Positions 60,660 to 64,000 of a DNA stretch of 64,000 nucleotides are shown here, piece by piece (position 1 is the stretch's first letter; every line of letters starts with the position of its first letter). Source of the DNA: an uncultured Acidobacteriota bacterium (GTDB lineage Bacteria > Acidobacteriota > Thermoanaerobaculia > UBA5066 > DATFVB01). A model generated the notes under the pieces. That model saw nothing but the letters and a program-made list of their open reading frames with translations. It was not told the DNA's origin and did not search any database. The position numbers and the translations under genes are program-made. The DNA lies in assembly GCA_963813155.1 (NCBI GenBank), contig CAWEYG010000002.1, positions 800,001 through 864,000 of the forward strand, read 5' to 3'.

Positions 60660-63554
60660 ATGACAGATCTCAACAAATGGCTGACCCGCCGGACCGGCTT
60701 GATCGCGGCGGCCATCTTGCTTGTCGCGGGCAACATCGGCGCCCAGAGCAACAGCGCGACCCTGAGCGGCATCGTCAGCGACCCCAATGGCGGCGGGCGC
60801 GGAGGCGTCAACGTGACCGTGGCTTCGCCGACCACGGGGTTCAAACGGTCGACCGTCACGGCGCCCGACGGCGCGTATTCGATCGGCGCGATCCCCCCGG
60901 GCAATTACGGCGTGAAATTCGAGCAGTCGGGATTCAAGACGCTCGAACAGAAGAACGTCGAGCTCAACGTCGCGACCGAGCGCAAGCTCGACGTCAAGAT
61001 GGACGTCTCGGCGGTCGCGGAGATGGTGACCGTTTCCTCGGAAGCTCCGCTCATTCGAACGGACCCCGCCATGGGCGCGGTCATCAGCCAGAAGGAACTG
61101 GAGACTCTGCCCCTGAACGGGCGCCAGTTCGCGAACGTCGCGGTGCTCGCCCCGGGCACGCAGCTCGCCTACAACACGGACCCCACGAAGCCCGGCCAGT
61201 TGACCGTCCAATTGGACGGCGGCAGCGGCCGGAACGTCAACTACATCATGGACGGCGGCGACAACACCGACGACACGATCGGCGGCGCTCTCCAGAATTT
61301 CTCGCTCGAGAGCGTGCAGGAATTCAAGATCCAGACCCAGCAGTACAAGGCCGAATACGGCCGCTCGACGGGCGGCGTGCTGAACGTCGTCACGAAGAGC
61401 GGTACCAACGAGTTCCACGGCAGCGGCTTCGAGTACTTCCGCGACAAGAGCCTCAATTCCGAGACCGAGAGCGAAAAGCTTGCGGGAACGGGAAAAGAGG
61501 CGTACCGCCGAAACCAGTACGGGGCGTCGCTCGGCGGCCCGATCTACAAGGACGTCGCGCACTTTTTCGTCACCGGTGAGAGGACCGAGCAGAAGACCAA
61601 CATCATCCTCAACACCGGAGGCGTCTATCCCGCTCTCGACGGCACGCCGGCCGAAACGCCGTTCCGCGACGACCTCCTCGCCGCAAAGGTCACGGCCGAC
61701 ATCTCGGCGTCGCAGTTTCTTCAGGTCCGTTACGGGTACCAGAAGAATTCGCAGCTTTACGGCGTCTATTCGAACCACACGCCCGACTCCTTCGGCACGA
61801 TTTCGAACAGGTATTCCTCGATTCTCGCCGGGCTCCAATCGCAGCTGGGCCAGAAGGCCTTGAACGAGTTCGTGTTCCAGTTCACGAAGTTCGACAACGC
61901 GATCACGCCGAACTCGGATCACCCGACGATCTACTTCGCGAGCGGCGTTCTCTCGGGCCAGAATCCGAACACGCCCCAGACCACGCGGCAGAAAAAGTAC
62001 CAGTTCAAGGACGACATCACGTATTCCGCGGACTGGCACGGAAGCCACGACTTCAAGTTTGGCGTCAATGTCGTCCACGAGCCCGTTCTCGCGGGGGACT
62101 TCACCGTCGGGACGGCGGCGCCGACTTATGTTCTCAACGGCGACTCGCTGGACTCCTCCGTTGCCTCGATCTCGCAAAATGGCGGGTTCAGCGGATACAG
62201 CAGCCCGAAGAACATCTACGACGTCTACGTGCAGGATGACTGGCGGCCCTCCTCGCGGCTCACGGTCGACGTCGGCGTCCGGTACGACCTGAACCTGGGG
62301 TACGACCTGAACCAGTCGTCCAATCAGATCTGCCAGGAGCTCTCGACCCAGACCCAGTACACCGACGCCAGCTATTACAAGGACTTCTCGGGATGGGACT
62401 GCAAGCTCAAGAACGACAAGAAGAACTGGGCGCCGCGCGTCGGTTTCTCCTACGACCTGACGGGCCAGGGCAAGACGGTCGTTCACGGCGGATGGGGCAT
62501 TTACTACGATTTCCCGTACCTCAACGCGACGCTCCTCTTCCCCTCGATCGCGCTGACGAACTACGGACAGATCTACAGCTCCGTTCCGCCGCCGAGCTTC
62601 CGTATCGGCGATCCGCTTCCGCCCAACGACCTGCCGGGCACCGTCGGCCCGGCTCCGACGGAAGTGGCCGACCCGACCGTGACCAAGACGCCGTTCTCGC
62701 GCCAGCTCTCGGTCGGCATCTCCCACCAGGTCGCCGACTGGCTGGGTGTCTCCCTGGACTTCAGCCACATCAACTATCGCGACCTCCCCTACCGCTTCCA
62801 TTTCAATATCACCGACCAGCCCGGGGGGGCCGCGCGGTTCCCCGATTTCGGCGGCAGCGTTCGCATGTGGAACGGCGGCGGCTATGCCGACTATGACGGC
62901 ATGAACCTCGGCTTCAACGCCCGGGTTTCCGACAAGCTCCGTTTCCAGGGCTTCTACACGCTCTCGCACGCGACCGGAAACGTTCTCCTCGGCGCCGACG
63001 AGTTCCGGCTCACGCACACGGACGCGCAGCCCGACCTCGGCGGCAGCAGCTACGGCGGCCGGAAAGACGTTTCGGTCAATCCGCTCGACCCGAACTGCCA
63101 GGACATCTGCAAGGGCAACCTCTTCACGGATGCGCGGCACAAGGTCACCTTCGGAGCCACGTATTCCGCTCCGTGGGGAGTCAACGTCTCGGGAGTGTTC
63201 CGCTATCGGTCGGCGACGCCGTACCTCGAGTACGACGGACGCGACCTGAACGGGGACGGCTACAACATCGACCTCGACCCGGGACACCACCTTCTCGACG
63301 CCCGCGGCCACTCCTTCGAGCAGACCGACCTCGCGTTTTCGAAGGATTTCACGTTCTCCGGCTCGGTCGGGATCGAGATCATCGCCCAGGTCTTCAACAT
63401 CTTCAACGCGACGAACCCCGCCTACTACGACGGACGGCGGCTCCTCGCGGACGGCACCCCGAATCCCGCCTTCGGCAAGCCCCAGGCCTTCGCCGGAGAC
63501 ACGCACCAGGGCGAGCAGCGCCTTCTGCAGCTCGCCGCAAGGGTCCACTTCTAA
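60660..63554 (+). CDS. Oar-like TonB-dependent receptor with N-terminal carboxypeptidase-regulatory-like domain
   Basis: LPLNGR, VQEFKI, TKSGTNEFHG, YVQDDW, WAPRVG, C-terminal VHF. Confidence 0.92.
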   Translation: MTDLNKWLTRRTGLIAAAILLVAGNIGAQSNSATLSGIVSDPNGGGRGGVNVTVASPTTGFKRSTVTAPDGAYSIGAIPPGNYGVKFEQSGFKTLEQKNVELNVATERKLDVKMDVSAVAEMVTVSSEAPLIRTDPAMGAVISQKELETLPLNGRQFANVAVLAPGTQLAYNTDPTKPGQLTVQLDGGSGRNVNYIMDGGDNTDDTIGGALQNFSLESVQEFKIQTQQYKAEYGRSTGGVLNVVTKSGTNEFHGSGFEYFRDKSLNSETESEKLAGTGKEAYRRNQYGASLGGPIYKDVAHFFVTGERTEQKTNIILNTGGVYPALDGTPAETPFRDDLLAAKVTADISASQFLQVRYGYQKNSQLYGVYSNHTPDSFGTISNRYSSILAGLQSQLGQKALNEFVFQFTKFDNAITPNSDHPTIYFASGVLSGQNPNTPQTTRQKKYQFKDDITYSADWHGSHDFKFGVNVVHEPVLAGDFTVGTAAPTYVLNGDSLDSSVASISQNGGFSGYSSPKNIYDVYVQDDWRPSSRLTVDVGVRYDLNLGYDLNQSSNQICQELSTQTQYTDASYYKDFSGWDCKLKNDKKNWAPRVGFSYDLTGQGKTVVHGGWGIYYDFPYLNATLLFPSIALTNYGQIYSSVPPPSFRIGDPLPPNDLPGTVGPAPTEVADPTVTKTPFSRQLSVGISHQVADWLGVSLDFSHINYRDLPYRFHFNITDQPGGAARFPDFGGSVRMWNGGGYADYDGMNLGFNARVSDKLRFQGFYTLSHATGNVLLGADEFRLTHTDAQPDLGGSSYGGRKDVSVNPLDPNCQDICKGNLFTDARHKVTFGATYSAPWGVNVSGVFRYRSATPYLEYDGRDLNGDGYNIDLDPGHHLLDARGHSFEQTDLAFSKDFTFSGSVGIEIIAQVFNIFNATNPAYYDGRRLLADGTPNPAFGKPQAFAGDTHQGEQRLLQLAARVHF

Positions 63555-63581
63555 GCGAAGATTTCAGTTCTCTCGGTTCGG

Positions 63582-63612
63582 GCCCCGGGGCGAAAGCCCC
63601 GGGGCTTTTTTT
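63582..63612 (+). terminator. Intrinsic terminator
   Basis: GCCCCGGGGC-GAAA-GCCCCGGGGC followed by T7. Confidence 0.9.
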
Positions 63613-64000
63613 ACTTCACCGGTGGAGTCGACCTTCGCGTCCCGCGGATCGGGGCGGGATGAGAAGGCGGCGCGGGCGTCAGACGGAGTGGCGGGCGCGT
63701 CGTCCGCAGGTCCAGGCTGAAGACGACTCCGGCGTCCGCGGATCCGCCCTGCGGGGTAGTCCCATAGAGCTTTCCGTCGGACGCCTGGATCAACGAAGAC
63801 TCGGGGAAAGCGCCGTCGAATTCCCCGGTGAAGCGATACACGACGCTCTCGGCCGGAGAGGTGGCTGGGTTCGTGATCTTGAAAATCGTCCCGAAACCGA
63901 TGCCGCCAAAACCAATGCCACCGTTCACCGTAGTTCCGTACAGTGCTCCATCCGAGGCCTGGATCAAGGATGCCACGGGATACGCACCGTCGTTCCCTCC
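63611..64000 (-). CDS. Choice-of-anchor tandem-repeat (GloVer-like) protein, C-terminal part
   Basis: DGAxPxxSLIQASDGxLYGTT..GG repeats; truncated by window. Confidence 0.8.
   Translation of the reverse strand, partial: GGNDGAYPVASLIQASDGALYGTTVNGGIGFGGIGFGTIFKITNPATSPAESVVYRFTGEFDGAFPESSLIQASDGKLYGTTPQGGSADAGVVFSLDLRTTRPPLRLTPAPPSHPAPIRGTRRSTPPVK

Overview
High-GC, gene-dense chromosomal window. Gene content (VPS10/BNR hydrolase, Oar-type TonB receptor, TPR Ser/Thr kinase, TPR sulfatase-like proteins) suggests an Acidobacterium, probably Thermoanaerobaculia-like; this is an inference. The housekeeping core is rpsU-mutS2-dnaG-rpoD, a tRNA(CAT), a zinc-ribbon gene-rnhA-yggS-yggT-divIVA-hutI-cyclodeaminase run, a cobalamin riboswitch with btuB-pduO, MocR/ilvE-phzF, larB plus a deoxyhypusine synthase-like gene, tag, M1/M28 peptidases and ychF. 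I see no CRISPR array, transposase, integrase or prophage. Several genes carry single-base frameshifts that look like assembly indels. Best leads: (1) a membrane Ser/Thr kinase-TPR gene followed by a small lipoprotein ending in IDPRLIVG, a candidate receptor-ligand pair; (2) a GAF-like protein with a RomX-like C-terminal domain upstream of a lytic transglycosylase; (3) a shared Pro/Arg-rich C-terminal tail on two unrelated repeat proteins; (4) many apparently leaderless and bidirectional promoters; (5) an ECF sigma three-gene cassette.
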